Shown: positions 29,988-40,753 of the stretch, in pieces | Position numbering within the stretch: the first letter of the stretch is position 1 | How the letters are laid out: each line of letters opens with the position of its first letter | Origin: an uncultured Acidimicrobiia bacterium | Lineage (GTDB): Bacteria; Actinomycetota; Acidimicrobiia; Spongiisociales; ZC4RG35 | Direction of reading: 5' to 3' | Assembly (NCBI GenBank): GCA_963761985.1 | Contig: CAVXIT010000001.1 | Coordinates: forward strand, 52,003-116,002 | DNA length: 64,000 nucleotides | Notes under the pieces: generated by a model | Database searches by the model: none | The model's input: only the letters and a program-made list of their open reading frames with translations | What the model was told of the DNA's origin: nothing | Translations under genes and position numbers: made by a program

Positions 29988-31892
29988 ATGCCGCGCATTC
30001 GTTGGTCTACACCGTGGGTTGCCGCGTCCGGGACGACCTGTCTCGTCGCCCTGGCAGCATTCGCCGGTCTCGGACTTTCCGCGGGATTAGACGGCGTGAC
30101 GATCTTCTGGCCGGCAGCCGGAGTCGCCGCGGCCATGGTCACGTCGAGCAGCCCGGCCCTCCGGCGCTACATCCTCACGGGCGTCTTCCTGGGAACCGTA
30201 TTGTCGGCATTCCCTTTCGAGGGAGAGGCGTGGCTGTTCGTCATTGGGGCGGCGGTCGCGAATACGGTCGAAGCCCTAATCGTGGGAGCCATTCTTCGGA
30301 CCAGACTCCCGGCAACTCATCGAATCGTCCGTGTCGCTGATATTCATGCCTTGGTCACGGCTTGTTTGGCCGGCCCAGTAGTCGGCGGCCTAATCGGCGG
30401 GACAGTGACAGCGATCTCATTCGGCTCTCCGCTTCGGGGAGCCATGCTCTCCTGGTTCGCGGCCGACTCGCTTGGCATCGCATTGATTGGACCGGGTGCC
30501 CTAGCTGTGATCTCCGCTTTCCGCGATCGCCTTCCCGGGTTCAAATGGCTCCACATTCTCTACTACGGGATTGGGACAATGGGGGTCCTCGCCCTTGCGA
30601 CCCTGCTGCGTGAACTAACTGCCCGCGGCTTCGCTTATCTAATCATCGTCCCACTCATGCTTGCAACGGTCTACTTGGGGCAGCGTGGCACCGTGCTCCT
30701 CACCGCTGTGGTTTCGTTTGGCGCGGTCATCGCGACCGAACAAGGGGTCGGTCCCTTCAACAACGCCGTAAGCGACTTCCACCCGGTGCTCGCGGCACAG
30801 ATCTTTCTCGTGGTGATTCAGATTGTCTTGCTCTTCGTTTCCATCGAAGCAACTCGGAGGCGCGATGTCCTCGCCGAAATCGAAGGCGTCTTCGACGCCG
30901 CCCTCGACGGCGTCTTGCTGGTCGACGAAGGAGATGTCATTCGGCGAGCGAACAGGTCGAGCGAAGAGATGCTGGGCATTCGCTTGCTCGGAAAGAGGTT
31001 CACCGACTTCCTCGTTGAGCCAATCGACGCCGAAATCATGGTCGCGCATAGAGCCGTCCTAACTCGCGCGCGGCGGGCGAGCAAAGAGGAGTTCTGGGCT
31101 GAAGTTTCCGAGGGCAAGGTTGCCGGAAGTTCCAACCGGGTGCGGAGGGCCATCGTGCTCAGGGATGTGACCCTCCGGATCGAGGCGCAAGAAAAGCTCG
31201 AGAAGATGCGCGACCAGTTCATCTCCAACATGACCCATGAACTCCGAACTCCCTTGACCTCGATCATCGGCTATACCGAATGGCTGCTCGAAGGAACCGA
31301 AGGCGAAACCAGGGCCGACCTGGAGCTGATTCGGGAGAGTGCCGCCAGCCTTTCGGGGATCGTCGACGACATCCTCGACTTCAAGCGATCAGCCGAGTCA
31401 GGCGGAGTCTCCGAACCGGTCAACTTCACGCTCCTCGTTGGGCGAGTGACGCAGGCTCTCGAGCCAACCGCGCAAAGCCGCAAGGTGAAAATCGTCGCTG
31501 ACGTCGAACACAATGTGAATGTCGTCGGCGACGATCGTCAGCTGGAGCGCGTGGTGGCAAACCTGGTTTCCAACGGCATCAAGTACTCAAATCCGGGCGA
31601 CATCGTGACCATCGAGCTCCGCACCGACGGCAACGACATGTGCCTCCTGGTCGCCGACACCGGCATCGGGATCTCCACCGAGGACCAGGCTCGTATCTTC
31701 GAAAGGTTCTTCCGGGCGAGCAGCGCAGTGTCGGCCGGGATTCCCGGGACCGGGCTCGGACTCTCCTTTGCCCGGGATATCGCCCGGACACACAAAGGGG
31801 AGCTCACCCTGGAAAGCAACCTGGGTGTGGGTACTACGACCCGGCTGCGGCTCCCCCTCCGCAAGGCTGCGCTACAGACCGCAACTCGTTAG
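29988..31892 (+). CDS. sensor histidine kinase with N-terminal MASE1 membrane domain, PAS-like region, HisKA and HATPase
   Basis: FWPAAGVA MASE1 motif, H-box MTHELRTPLTSIIGYTEWL, G-box GTGLGLSFARDIA; ORF nominally starts at 29571 inside the EVE gene, internal ATG at 29988 taken as start. Confidence 0.8.
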   Translation: MPRIRWSTPWVAASGTTCLVALAAFAGLGLSAGLDGVTIFWPAAGVAAAMVTSSSPALRRYILTGVFLGTVLSAFPFEGEAWLFVIGAAVANTVEALIVGAILRTRLPATHRIVRVADIHALVTACLAGPVVGGLIGGTVTAISFGSPLRGAMLSWFAADSLGIALIGPGALAVISAFRDRLPGFKWLHILYYGIGTMGVLALATLLRELTARGFAYLIIVPLMLATVYLGQRGTVLLTAVVSFGAVIATEQGVGPFNNAVSDFHPVLAAQIFLVVIQIVLLFVSIEATRRRDVLAEIEGVFDAALDGVLLVDEGDVIRRANRSSEEMLGIRLLGKRFTDFLVEPIDAEIMVAHRAVLTRARRASKEEFWAEVSEGKVAGSSNRVRRAIVLRDVTLRIEAQEKLEKMRDQFISNMTHELRTPLTSIIGYTEWLLEGTEGETRADLELIRESAASLSGIVDDILDFKRSAESGGVSEPVNFTLLVGRVTQALEPTAQSRKVKIVADVEHNVNVVGDDRQLERVVANLVSNGIKYSNPGDIVTIELRTDGNDMCLLVADTGIGISTEDQARIFERFFRASSAVSAGIPGTGLGLSFARDIARTHKGELTLESNLGVGTTTRLRLPLRKAALQTATR

Positions 31893-32282
31893 CGCTTCCT
31901 CGACCGAAGCGCCGCCGAATTGCAGCCGTTCAAAGGCGGCGACCTGCTCAATCTCTTCTCCGCTGAGGACGGCTTCGAATGACGGCATTACCGCGGTGAT
32001 GTCCTTGTCGGCGTCGCCGTAGGTGGGCCCCACCTCCTCTTCCCATCTCTTCGATCCAAGAAAGATCCACCTCTTCTGGTCGTTGCAATCGGAGAAGGTG
32101 GTGAGCACGCTCGCCAGACTCGGGCCGCTGGCCCCTTGGCCGTCGCCCCCATGGCAAGTTGCGCAGGCCCGGTTGAAGGTGAGACGTCCGGCGTCAAGCG
32201 CGGGATCACCCAAGGATTGGGTGGGCTGAGCACAGGCGATCGCGACGAGCCATACCCCCGCCGACTGCATCAGCCTGCGCAC
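31872..32282 (-). CDS. c-type cytochrome (class I), secreted
   Basis: signal peptide, CATCHG heme motif, distal Met (AVMPSF). Confidence 0.75.
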   Translation of the reverse strand: MRRLMQSAGVWLVAIACAQPTQSLGDPALDAGRLTFNRACATCHGGDGQGASGPSLASVLTTFSDCNDQKRWIFLGSKRWEEEVGPTYGDADKDITAVMPSFEAVLSGEEIEQVAAFERLQFGGASVEEALTSCGL

Positions 32283-32294
32283 TCGGGAATATTC

Positions 32295-33460
32295 TCAGGC
32301 AGCCTGGCTGCGGTTGAGCGCCGGAACCGCCGTCGCAATCGCCCAGATCAACGCCAGCCCGAGGATCGGAGTCGCAATCCGCTTGAGAATGGCTGAGTCG
32401 ACCACCAACCCGACGAGGAAGCCAGCCAGGCCCAAGTTGATCGCCCACAGCAACAACCGGTCGGTGTTTCCGCGGTTAAAAAAGCCGGAGAGCACACCGA
32501 ACAGCGCGTTGGTCATGACGCCGATGAACATGGCATGGTCGAACGCCGATCAGCACGCCGATGGGACCCGTTCCGGCTTCCGGATCCAGCTCTCCGGAGG
32601 TGACCAACTGCACCACATAGACGAGTAACGCGATACCGACTACCAGGAACAGAACAGATGTCTTGGAGAATGCGGATCCCCCTGTGCCCGGACGAACCTG
32701 GGGCCAGATGGCGATCACGAAGATGATGATGCCGATCACTTCCAGCGCGGCGAACACCTGGATCAGAGCTTCTATGTCGAGGATTAGGGCCAGGTTGGCG
32801 ATGATTCCGGAGGCGAAGAGCAGCCACGCCGCGACTGCGCCCCAGACGGGTGTTGGCGCCGTTGAGTTGCCAGGCGGCAACTGCTACACCGGCGAGGATC
32901 AAATAGCCGATCAGCATCGCCGGGGGATGCGCTCCTGCGATTGCGGCCGCTGTGTCGTTGCTGAGGCCGGGGAGCGAGCCGTTGGCGATGAAAAGGCCGA
33001 ACAGGACACCGAGCACGGCTCCGATGACCAGCGAGATCGTGGCGAGATAGATCGCCAAATGCCCCGTCGAGCGCTCACTGGCTCGATAACGGCGAGTCGT
33101 CCAGACCAACAGCCAGATCAACACGAGCAGGAGGAGAGTGCCGGCGATGGGTCGGTACACGCCGGTTCCGATTGCAAAGGTTGCCACATACAGGACTATT
33201 GCTCCGAGGCCAAAGCGGGCGATGCTTCGCCCGCTCGCGACCTCAGCATCGGAAGCACCAGGTCCGAACATCGTCAACAGGACGCCGATCACCGCCATCG
33301 TGATCCACCCGAGCGTGCCCGCGTGGACGTGGGTGATCAACAGCTCGTGGCTCGGATCCCAGACGTCCAACCCGTTCAGGATTCCGATGACAATCGTCAC
33401 CAGAAAGACGAGCAATGCCGCCTGGTAAAGCATCCGACTCTGCTGTGCCAACGGGCCCAT
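32295..33460 (-). pseudogene. multi-pass membrane protein (His-rich TM helices, heme-copper/NnrS-like flavour) disrupted by two +1 frameshifts (~32885 and ~32520)
   Basis: three co-linear ORF pieces (32513..33625, 32476..32880, 32295..32531) whose hydrophobic segments read through (..AAWQLNGANT / PVWGAVAAWLLF.. and ..GVLIGV / MTNALFG..). Confidence 0.55.
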
Positions 33461-33488
33461 TCGTGCCTCCTCAATTTGACCGACCTCT

Positions 33489-33839
33489 TTAGCCGACGGT
33501 GAGAGTCCCGCCCATGTCGCTGTGGACTTCGCAAAAGAACGTGTAGGACCCGGCGGCCAGCTCAGCGGGAACGGTGAACTGAGCCTGGGAGTCGCCGGCG
33601 ATTTCGACGGCTTCCCAGGAGTCATCGCCAGAGGTAAAGGTATGGCGCACGGAGTCGAGGTTGACGATCGTCATCGATTCGCCCGGTCCGAGGTCGGGAG
33701 CCGCGCCAAACGAGCGTCCTTCGATCGTGAGCTGTGGTCCGTCGCCCTCCCCAACGGTCGTTGTATTGGGTTCAGTCGAGTTCCCACCACACGCACACAA
33801 AGCACAGACCAGTGCAAACAGAAGTAGGCGCCTCGCCAC
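33489..33839 (-). CDS. cupredoxin-like copper-binding lipoprotein
   Basis: lipobox LCAC-GG, C-terminal FFCEVHSDMGG (Cys-His-Met type-1 Cu ligand pattern). Confidence 0.65.
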   Translation of the reverse strand: MARRLLLFALVCALCACGGNSTEPNTTTVGEGDGPQLTIEGRSFGAAPDLGPGESMTIVNLDSVRHTFTSGDDSWEAVEIAGDSQAQFTVPAELAAGSYTFFCEVHSDMGGTLTVG

Positions 33840-33889
33840 GAAGGTGAATCTAAGCCTGGCTCACGAAGCGATGTCGGTAAATTCGCCCA

Positions 33890-34900
33890 ATGGCACTCGT
33901 CTGCGTCACCGGCGGGAGCGGCTACGTGGGATCCCAAATTGTACGCGAGCTGCTCGAAGCCGGTCATCAGGTACGGGCCACGACTCGGGACGTGGGCAAA
34001 GCCAAGGAGCAGCTAGCGACGCTCGGCGAGCACCTCGAATGGATAACCGCCGACCTCGGGTCCCCGGATTCGTTCGCACCGGCCATAGGCGGCTGCGACT
34101 ACGTCATCCACACCGCCAGCCCCTATGTCCTCTCGGTTGCCGACCCGCAACGGGACCTCGTCGAGCCGGCGGTGGCCGGGACGACGGCGGTCTTGGAGGC
34201 TGCCCTCGCGGCCACGACCGTGCGGCGAGTGGTGATGACCTCGTCGCTGGCAGCAGTGACCGACGAGCCTGACCGGGTTTTTACCGAGGCCGATTGGAAC
34301 ACCAAGTCCTCGCTGACGAGGAACCCCTATTACTTCTCAAAAACCGCGGCCGAGATGGCTGCCTGGGATTTCGCCAAAGCCCACCCCGGCTTCGACCTCG
34401 TCGTAATCAACCCGTCCTACGTGGTCGGTCCCTCACTCATCCCACCTTTGAACGAGACAGGGAGAGCCCTGGTGGGCCTGGTCACAGGTTTGTTTCCGGC
34501 CGTGATTGATCTCTCCTACCCGTTCGTCGATGTCCGCGACGTTGCCCTCGCCCATCGCCTCGCTTTGGAGAACGACAAAGCGCATGGGCGGTACCTGTGC
34601 ACCGCCGAAACCTGGTCCCAGCGCCGCGTGGTCGAGTGGATCAAGGGCGCCAACCTGGGCCTGGGCAGCCCGCCGCGGTTTTACATGGACAACAATGTCG
34701 GAAGTGCCTTCGCCAAGCTGGCGGCGCGCTTCCAAGACTCCGGCGAGCGCGACTACATCGTGACCCATGTCGGGCGGCATCCAAGCATCGACACCACGAA
34801 GATCAGGTCCGAGCTAGGAATGCACTTTCGCCCGGTCGGCGAAAGCTTGATCGATTCCTATCGCGACTATGAAAAGTGGGGGCACCTCAAGAAGGGTTAG
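33890..34900 (+). CDS. NAD-dependent epimerase/dehydratase (SDR family, cinnamoyl-CoA reductase-like)
   Basis: VTGGSGYVGSQIVRELL Rossmann motif, 336 aa. Confidence 0.8.
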   Translation: MALVCVTGGSGYVGSQIVRELLEAGHQVRATTRDVGKAKEQLATLGEHLEWITADLGSPDSFAPAIGGCDYVIHTASPYVLSVADPQRDLVEPAVAGTTAVLEAALAATTVRRVVMTSSLAAVTDEPDRVFTEADWNTKSSLTRNPYYFSKTAAEMAAWDFAKAHPGFDLVVINPSYVVGPSLIPPLNETGRALVGLVTGLFPAVIDLSYPFVDVRDVALAHRLALENDKAHGRYLCTAETWSQRRVVEWIKGANLGLGSPPRFYMDNNVGSAFAKLAARFQDSGERDYIVTHVGRHPSIDTTKIRSELGMHFRPVGESLIDSYRDYEKWGHLKKG

Positions 34901-35418
34901 GAATCGCCGCGACGGCGTCGAACCTCGTCGACCTTGCCAAGCGCATCCCGGAGCTCATCCAACCACTCGGCCTCGTGCTCGCCCACGAGGCGGACACACC
35001 ACGCAAGAGCTTCGGCCCGGCTTCGGGCCGCGCCACTTTCGACGAGGGTGTCGAGCACACGGCGTTCGCTCATTCGGAGCCGGGTCATAGCCGGAGCGGC
35101 CAGAGTGCGGAAGTGGTAAGTGTCGTCGCCGAGCTTGACTCCCCAGCTGACCTTGCGTCCGAAGCGGCGCTCGGCCTCGCGAGCGATAGAAATTCGTTGG
35201 GACCGGCTGTCGGAGCGAAAGCCGTCGACCCGGGCCTCGACCGCGACTTCATGGTCACCCTCGGTGGCGTCGCCTCCAATTTCGGGGGACTCGAGCGGGA
35301 CGATTACCAGGATTTCATCGCGGTCGGTTTTGACTTCAAGCGGGCCGGTCGCCCATTCCTTGGGGAGGCGGCCGGTGAACCAGGCGAGAGGTTCTTTGGA
35401 CTGTTCTGTGGTTGGCAT
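34897..35418 (-). CDS. hypothetical protein (173 aa)
   Basis: ATG start; coding-like composition; no motif recognised. Confidence 0.45.
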   Translation of the reverse strand: MPTTEQSKEPLAWFTGRLPKEWATGPLEVKTDRDEILVIVPLESPEIGGDATEGDHEVAVEARVDGFRSDSRSQRISIAREAERRFGRKVSWGVKLGDDTYHFRTLAAPAMTRLRMSERRVLDTLVESGAARSRAEALAWCVRLVGEHEAEWLDELRDALGKVDEVRRRRGDS

Positions 35419-35425
35419 GATTACA

Positions 35426-35431
35426 AGTATA
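35426..35431 (-). promoter_or_regulatory. -10-like hexamer TATACT (minus strand) 7 nt upstream of the 35418 ATG, inside a 30-nt AT-rich patch (35419..35449)
   Basis: gattacaagtatacataattacttaattacc is anomalously AT-rich for this window; spacing suggests a leaderless transcript; divergent to the DUF222 gene. Confidence 0.3.
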
Positions 35432-35531
35432 CATAATTACTTAATTACCTTGGGCGCCTAAGAACCTCCCTCCAGATGGATCAATGGGAGATTGAATTTG
35501 TCACAGCCAAGGCGTACATTCAGTAGAACAG

Positions 35532-36711
35532 ATGTTCGACACCTTCGCTATGGAAGAGCCTGCAACGGAAAAATCTAGAGGCGAAAACTTGGTCGCCGGG
35601 TTGCGGGAATGCCACCGCCAAATCGGCCAGCTCCAGGCCCACTTTTACCGGCAGCTGGTCGCAGTGGCCGACGCGGTGGCCGAAGCGGTCCCCAAGGCGG
35701 GATACGAATATGCCGCCGACGAAGTGGCGGCCGCTTTGAGCTGGACTCGGCGTCGGGCCGAGGCCGAGCTCAACTTCGCCTGGGAGCTGGCCGACCTGCC
35801 CGCCGTATCGGATTCTCTGGCCGCGGGCCAGATTGACGTGGCCAAGGCGAAGACCATCGTCTTCGGCCTCACCGGCACCGACCCCGAGACCTCCACTCAG
35901 GTGGCCGAGAAGCTGTTGGAGCGGGCGGATCGGCAGACCACCGGCCAGATCCGGGCCCGGCTCCGCCGTTTGCTCCTAGAAGTCAACCCTGAAGCCGCTG
36001 CCGACCGTTACGAGGCCGGGCTGAAGGATCGGAAAGTGGTCTTAGACGCCAACGACGACGGGACCGCCAACCTCCATCTCTACAACGTGGCCCCCGACCA
36101 GGCCGCGCTCGCGTTCGACCGAATCGACCAATACGCCCGGGCGCAAGGAACCGAAGACGAACCGCGGACGTTGGACCAGCTCCGCACCGATGTCGGCTTA
36201 GACCTCCTGGTCGGCTGCCTCCAACACCAGGACCGGGGTCGGAAACCGATCGTCGACATCCGCGTCGATCTCACCACCCTGATGGAGTTAAACGACAAGG
36301 CCGGCTGAGATCCCGGGGTGGGGACCGGTCGTCGCAGACATCGCCCGCCAAGTCTCAGAACAGCAACATTCCGAATGGCGGTTCTATGTCATCGACGGAG
36401 ACCAAATCGTCTCAAATGGCACCACCCGGAGAAGACCGAGCCGACCGCAAAGACGCCGCATCGAAACCCGCTACCCCCACTGCGTCTTCCCCGGCTGCCG
36501 GACCCCCGCTACCCATGCCGACTTGGACCACCGGCAACGCTGGTCCGACGGCGGACCCACCACAGACCACAACCTCAACCCGCTCTGCGCCCACAACCAC
36601 GGCAGTAAAGACAACGGAGGCTGGCGGCTCGAACTCATCGACGAAGTCACCTTCGAGTGGACCAGCCCACTCGGCATCAAACACCTCGTCGAAATCGAAC
36701 CGCCCTAACTG
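35532..36711 (+). CDS. DUF222 (REP13E12-type) protein with C-terminal HNH endonuclease domain, interrupted by a TGA created by a +1 insertion at ~36306
   Basis: N-part 35532..36308 ends ...LNDKAG*; immediately after, the +1 frame reads IPGWGPVVADIARQV...CVFPGCRTPATHADLDHRQRW...HN (HNH) to 36711; removing the t in ggcTgagatc restores the frame. Confidence 0.75.
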
Positions 36712-36724
36712 GTTGAGGTCGAAT

Positions 36725-38219
36725 TCAGGACGAGCTATCGAGAACGGAGATGATCTCGGTCACCGGGTAGGCGACTGTCGTCGCGGTGTCGGGGACGGCG
36801 AGCCCGGCCCACGGCGCCGCCGCGGTCCCCCGCCATTGGACGTCCCACCGATACGCCACCGTGAGGGGGTAGCTGTCGAGGCTCGGATGACAGCGAGGGG
36901 TTGATCCCGGTGGATTACAAGTCTTGACCTCGTAGATATGACGGGCGAGACCCGTCGGGTATCCGGTGAGAAGCGGGAACTCGCTTTCCCCGAAAGAGGA
37001 CGAACTGCCGTCGCCCCAACTGATCGTGACGCCAACCACCCGCCCGGTCACCTCGAGGACCTGTCCCAACGGATCGACGATCGAATCCGAGAACGGAGGC
37101 GGCGGATCCACTCGGAGGTGGGTCTCGGCGCCGGTCAATCCCCAGGGGATGCGTGGGTTGAGGATCGGATCGGGCTCGACGTGGACATATTCGGAAGCGA
37201 GATCCCAGGCAGTGAGAACATCGGGCTGCTCGGGTGTCGGTTCCGACCGGCAGACCGGATAGGTCACGTCGACGATCAGCGGGCCCCCGGGATCGTCATC
37301 GGGGTCAAAAGCGAATGTCGCCGAACCGTCAGCTTGCCGGCCTAGGAATTCCCATCCCGTCGGCACCGATCGCCAGTACCAACAAGTGCCATTGGTAGCG
37401 CTGCCAACCGCCGGATACAGCCATCCCGGCACCCGTCCTCTCGCTGGCATAGTCGACGATCTCGCCAGCAACGCGACAACGGGTCACAGACCCGATCGCT
37501 GCCGCGACCATCAGTCGCGATGTCAGCCCAGCAGTAGCGTTCATCCGACTTGCGCCGACGCAGGTAGTGCAGATCGAACAACATGAGCATGAATGACGAC
37601 CAACGTCTTCATGGAGTCTCCTCCCGCACGACCTCGTCGCAATCGGCCAGCCAAAGATCATCCGCGATACACCCAAGCTGATGCGAACCGCCAGCCCGTA
37701 CCGATCATCGGGCCACATGACGTCGACGCCTTCGACAGTCGGGTCACCTGCAAGATGGCGCATCGATACGGTTTAGCGAACCACGAGGCAATCGGCTCGG
37801 TCAAGAAGGACTCTGCATCGACGTCGACCGAGATCGCCAATCGTCGCGAGGAGGTGCATCGAAGCGAGACTGATCGTCCATCGCAGCTATACCTGCATCG
37901 TGATTGCGGCGTCGTCGCAACGATAGTCCAAAGCGCGTCGGCGTCTTTGCGATAGATCGCATCAAACCAGCCGAACCAGAGGTCAGTCAGGATTGCTTCG
38001 ACTTCAGCGATTCGTTGCTCGGCGGTAGTCGTCGTCGGAGCTGGGGGTCGTCGTAGAAGTCGTAGCTGGAGGAGCAGTCGTTGTGACCACCGCCAGAGCC
38101 GACGTAGTGGTTGGGGTAGTCGGAGCGGCTGTGTTCCAGCTTCGCCAGAGCAAACCACCAAGTGCCAGCGCTAGCACACCCACAATCCCCACCGCCGTCC
38201 ACCGCCGCGTCCGACTCAC
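36725..38219 (-). pseudogene. N-terminally anchored secreted protein (TM + Thr/Pro linker + NTF2/SnoaL-like segment + C-terminal domain) fragmented over at least 4 frame segments
   Basis: pieces 38004..38219 (MSRTRRWTAVGIVGVLALALGG..TTTP), 37658..38161 (AEQRIAEVEAILTDLWFGWFDAIYRKDADALW), 37329..37763 (DPTVEGVDVMWPDDRYGLAVRISLGV; ..AGEIVDYASERTGAGMAVSGGW) and 36725..37471 (GTCWYWRSVPTGWEFLG...CRSEP...) are co-linear on the minus strand. Confidence 0.4.
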
Positions 38220-38251
38220 CCAGGCGAATTTACAGCGAAACCACCTCTTAA

Positions 38252-38770
38252 CTAAAGGGTGTCGTCGGTCTGAGTTTTCGCGATTTCGGGCTCGTCGCGG
38301 CCCGGCAGGGCCCAGATCGCCAGCGCCAGCAACGACAGCGCGGCAAACCCGAGACCTGCCCAGCCCCAGGCGTTTGCGCGATTCGGTTCGGCGACCTCGC
38401 CCGGGGCCGAACTGAGGATCCCCAGGACGGCGGGGGCCACTCCGAGATCGGTCAAAAGGACAGGTTGGCTTTGACTGCTGACCTCGGCACCCAGGAGTTC
38501 AAAGACCACGATGTAGTTGACCTTCCGCACGTCGACGATGATTCGGTACTCGCCCTCGTCCGTCTCGGGCAGCGGTAGCGCCTGTTGTGCTCCCCCCGGC
38601 TCGATCAGGTGGGCAACTACGGCTTCAGCAGATTCGGCTTCGACCGAGAGATTCAGCTCGATCCGCTCGGCACTCGTCTGTGTTGCTGAGGCTGTGGCAA
38701 GTCCAAAGACCCCTCCTAGGTTCACCCCTACAGAGGCCACGATCAGCAAGCTCGCCATCCAATGCAGCAT
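38252..38770 (-). CDS. hypothetical exported protein with C-terminal TM anchor
   Basis: signal-peptide-like N-terminus, C-terminal hydrophobic helix, 172 aa intact ORF. Confidence 0.5.
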   Translation of the reverse strand: MLHWMASLLIVASVGVNLGGVFGLATASATQTSAERIELNLSVEAESAEAVVAHLIEPGGAQQALPLPETDEGEYRIIVDVRKVNYIVVFELLGAEVSSQSQPVLLTDLGVAPAVLGILSSAPGEVAEPNRANAWGWAGLGFAALSLLALAIWALPGRDEPEIAKTQTDDTL

Positions 38771-38814
38771 CTGGAAAGGCTATCGACCAGGCCAACACGG
38801 TTCTGCACTTTCGA

Positions 38815-39345
38815 TTGGCCAAATACGATTCGGACGTGATCGAAGTCGTCGTCGGTGACCTGACCGCCCAGCCGGTCGACGCACTCGTCAACGCCGCTAA
38901 CGAGCATCTTGCCCATGGTGGTGGGGTCGCCGCAGCGATCGTCCGGGCAGGCGGAGCGTGTTATCCAGCAGGAATCGGACCGATGGGTCGAAAGAGCATG
39001 GGCCTCTCCGGTCCGGTCAGGCGGCTGTCACCTCGGCGGGTTCTTTGCCGGCCAGACACGTAATCCACGTCGTCGGGCCCCGCTATCGACAAGGGTCAGG
39101 ACAACGAGGGCCTGCTCGCGAGAGCCGTGGAGGGTGCCCTCCAGCGCAGGGGCCGACCTCGGAATAGCTCGATCGCCTTTCCCGCGATCTCTGCCGGAAT
39201 CTTCGGATATCCGCGGAAGGAGGCTTGTTCGGTGATTGTCAATGCGATCCAGCGTTGGACCGCTGACCATCCCCAATATGAGCGAATTGTCCTCGTTGGG
39301 TACGACGAGGCTGCAGCTGACGACTTCCGGTCCGCCTTATCCTGA
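38815..39345 (+). pseudogene. Macro domain (YmdB/O-acetyl-ADP-ribose deacetylase-like) gene carrying three +1 frameshifts
   Basis: consecutive macro motifs are spread over 4 frame segments: [39 protein letters not shown] / [11 protein letters not shown] / [30 protein letters not shown] / NEGLLARAVEGAL..SIAFPAISAGIFGYPRKEA..IVLVGYD; probable TTG start. Confidence 0.65.
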
Positions 39346-39349
39346 CCGC

Positions 39350-40753
39350 ATGAGCGGTCGCACACTGTTCGAAAAAGTCTGGGAGAACCACCTGGTTCGT
39401 CACGTTCCCGGCGAACCCGACCTGCTCTACGTCGATCTCCATCTCGTCCACGAGGTCACCTCGCCCCAAGCATTCGATTCGCTACGGATGCAGGGAAGAA
39501 CCGTGCGCCGCCCGGATCTGACGCTCGCCACCATCGACCACGGGGTTCCCACCGCCAATCGCCATCTCGGCATCACCGATCCCATGTCGAAGATCCAGAT
39601 CGACGCCTTGATCCGCAATTGCGACGAGTTCGGCGTCAAACTCTTCGGGCTCGACGATCCGCGCTCCGGGATCGTGCACATCATCGGACCCGAACAAGGC
39701 CTTACCCAGCCGGGAATGCTCATTGTGTGCGGCGATTCGCACACCTCGACTCACGGGGCGCTGGGCGCGCTCGCCTTTGGCATTGGCACCTCCGAGGTCG
39801 AGCACGTTCTCGCCACCCAGACACTGCCCCAGGACAAGCCTCTTTCGATGGCGGTCACAGTTGACGGTGAATTGCCGACCGGGGTGACGGCGAAGGACAT
39901 CATCCTCGGGGTTATCGCCCAGATCGGCACTGGCGGCGCCTCGGGTCACGTCATCGAATACCGCGGCTCGACCATCCGCAGTCTCTCGATGGAGGGCCGG
40001 ATGACGATCTGCAACATGTCGATCGAAGGCGGCGCTCGGGCAGGGATGATCGCACCTGACGGAACAACCTTTGCCTACGTTGAGGGCCGCCCCTACGCAC
40101 CGAGTGGTCCGCAGTGGCAAGCGGCGTTGGACGATTGGAGTCGGTTGCAGACCGATCCGGATGCTGTGTTCGACCACGAACTCGTCTTCGACGCCAGGCA
40201 ACTCGAGCCCTATGTCTCCTGGGGAACCAACCCGGGACAAACCATTTCCATCACTGCGTCGATCCCCCATCCCGATCAAGCCGACGATCCCTCCGAACGC
40301 GATTCGATCGAGCGCGCGCTCGCCTACATGGATCTGACAGGTGGCACGCCGATCAGCGAGGTCACGATCGACCGGGTCTTCCTCGGTTCGTGCACCAACG
40401 GCCGCATCGAAGACCTGCGGGCGGCGGCGGCCATCGTCGAAGGGCGCCAGCTGGCTCAAAACGTCACGGCGATGGTCGTGCCTGGGTCCGGTCTGGTGAA
40501 GCTCCAGGCCGAAGAGGAAGGCCTCGATCGAATCTTCAAGGAAGCCGGCTTCGAATGGCGCGACGCCGGCTGCTCGATGTGTCTGGGGATGAACCCCGAC
40601 ATCCTCCTCCCCGGGGAACGCTGCGCCTCGACGTCGAACCGCAACTTCGAAGGACGCCAAGGGCCCGGTGGGCGGACCCACCTGGTCTCGCCTGCGATGG
40701 CGGCGGCGGCCGCGATCGCCGGCCACTTCGTTGATGTAAGGGAATGGAATTGA
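39350..40753 (+). CDS. leuC: 3-isopropylmalate dehydratase large subunit
   Basis: aconitase-family motifs, [20 protein letters not shown]; ORF nominally from 39236. Confidence 0.9.
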   Translation: MSGRTLFEKVWENHLVRHVPGEPDLLYVDLHLVHEVTSPQAFDSLRMQGRTVRRPDLTLATIDHGVPTANRHLGITDPMSKIQIDALIRNCDEFGVKLFGLDDPRSGIVHIIGPEQGLTQPGMLIVCGDSHTSTHGALGALAFGIGTSEVEHVLATQTLPQDKPLSMAVTVDGELPTGVTAKDIILGVIAQIGTGGASGHVIEYRGSTIRSLSMEGRMTICNMSIEGGARAGMIAPDGTTFAYVEGRPYAPSGPQWQAALDDWSRLQTDPDAVFDHELVFDARQLEPYVSWGTNPGQTISITASIPHPDQADDPSERDSIERALAYMDLTGGTPISEVTIDRVFLGSCTNGRIEDLRAAAAIVEGRQLAQNVTAMVVPGSGLVKLQAEEEGLDRIFKEAGFEWRDAGCSMCLGMNPDILLPGERCASTSNRNFEGRQGPGGRTHLVSPAMAAAAAIAGHFVDVREWN

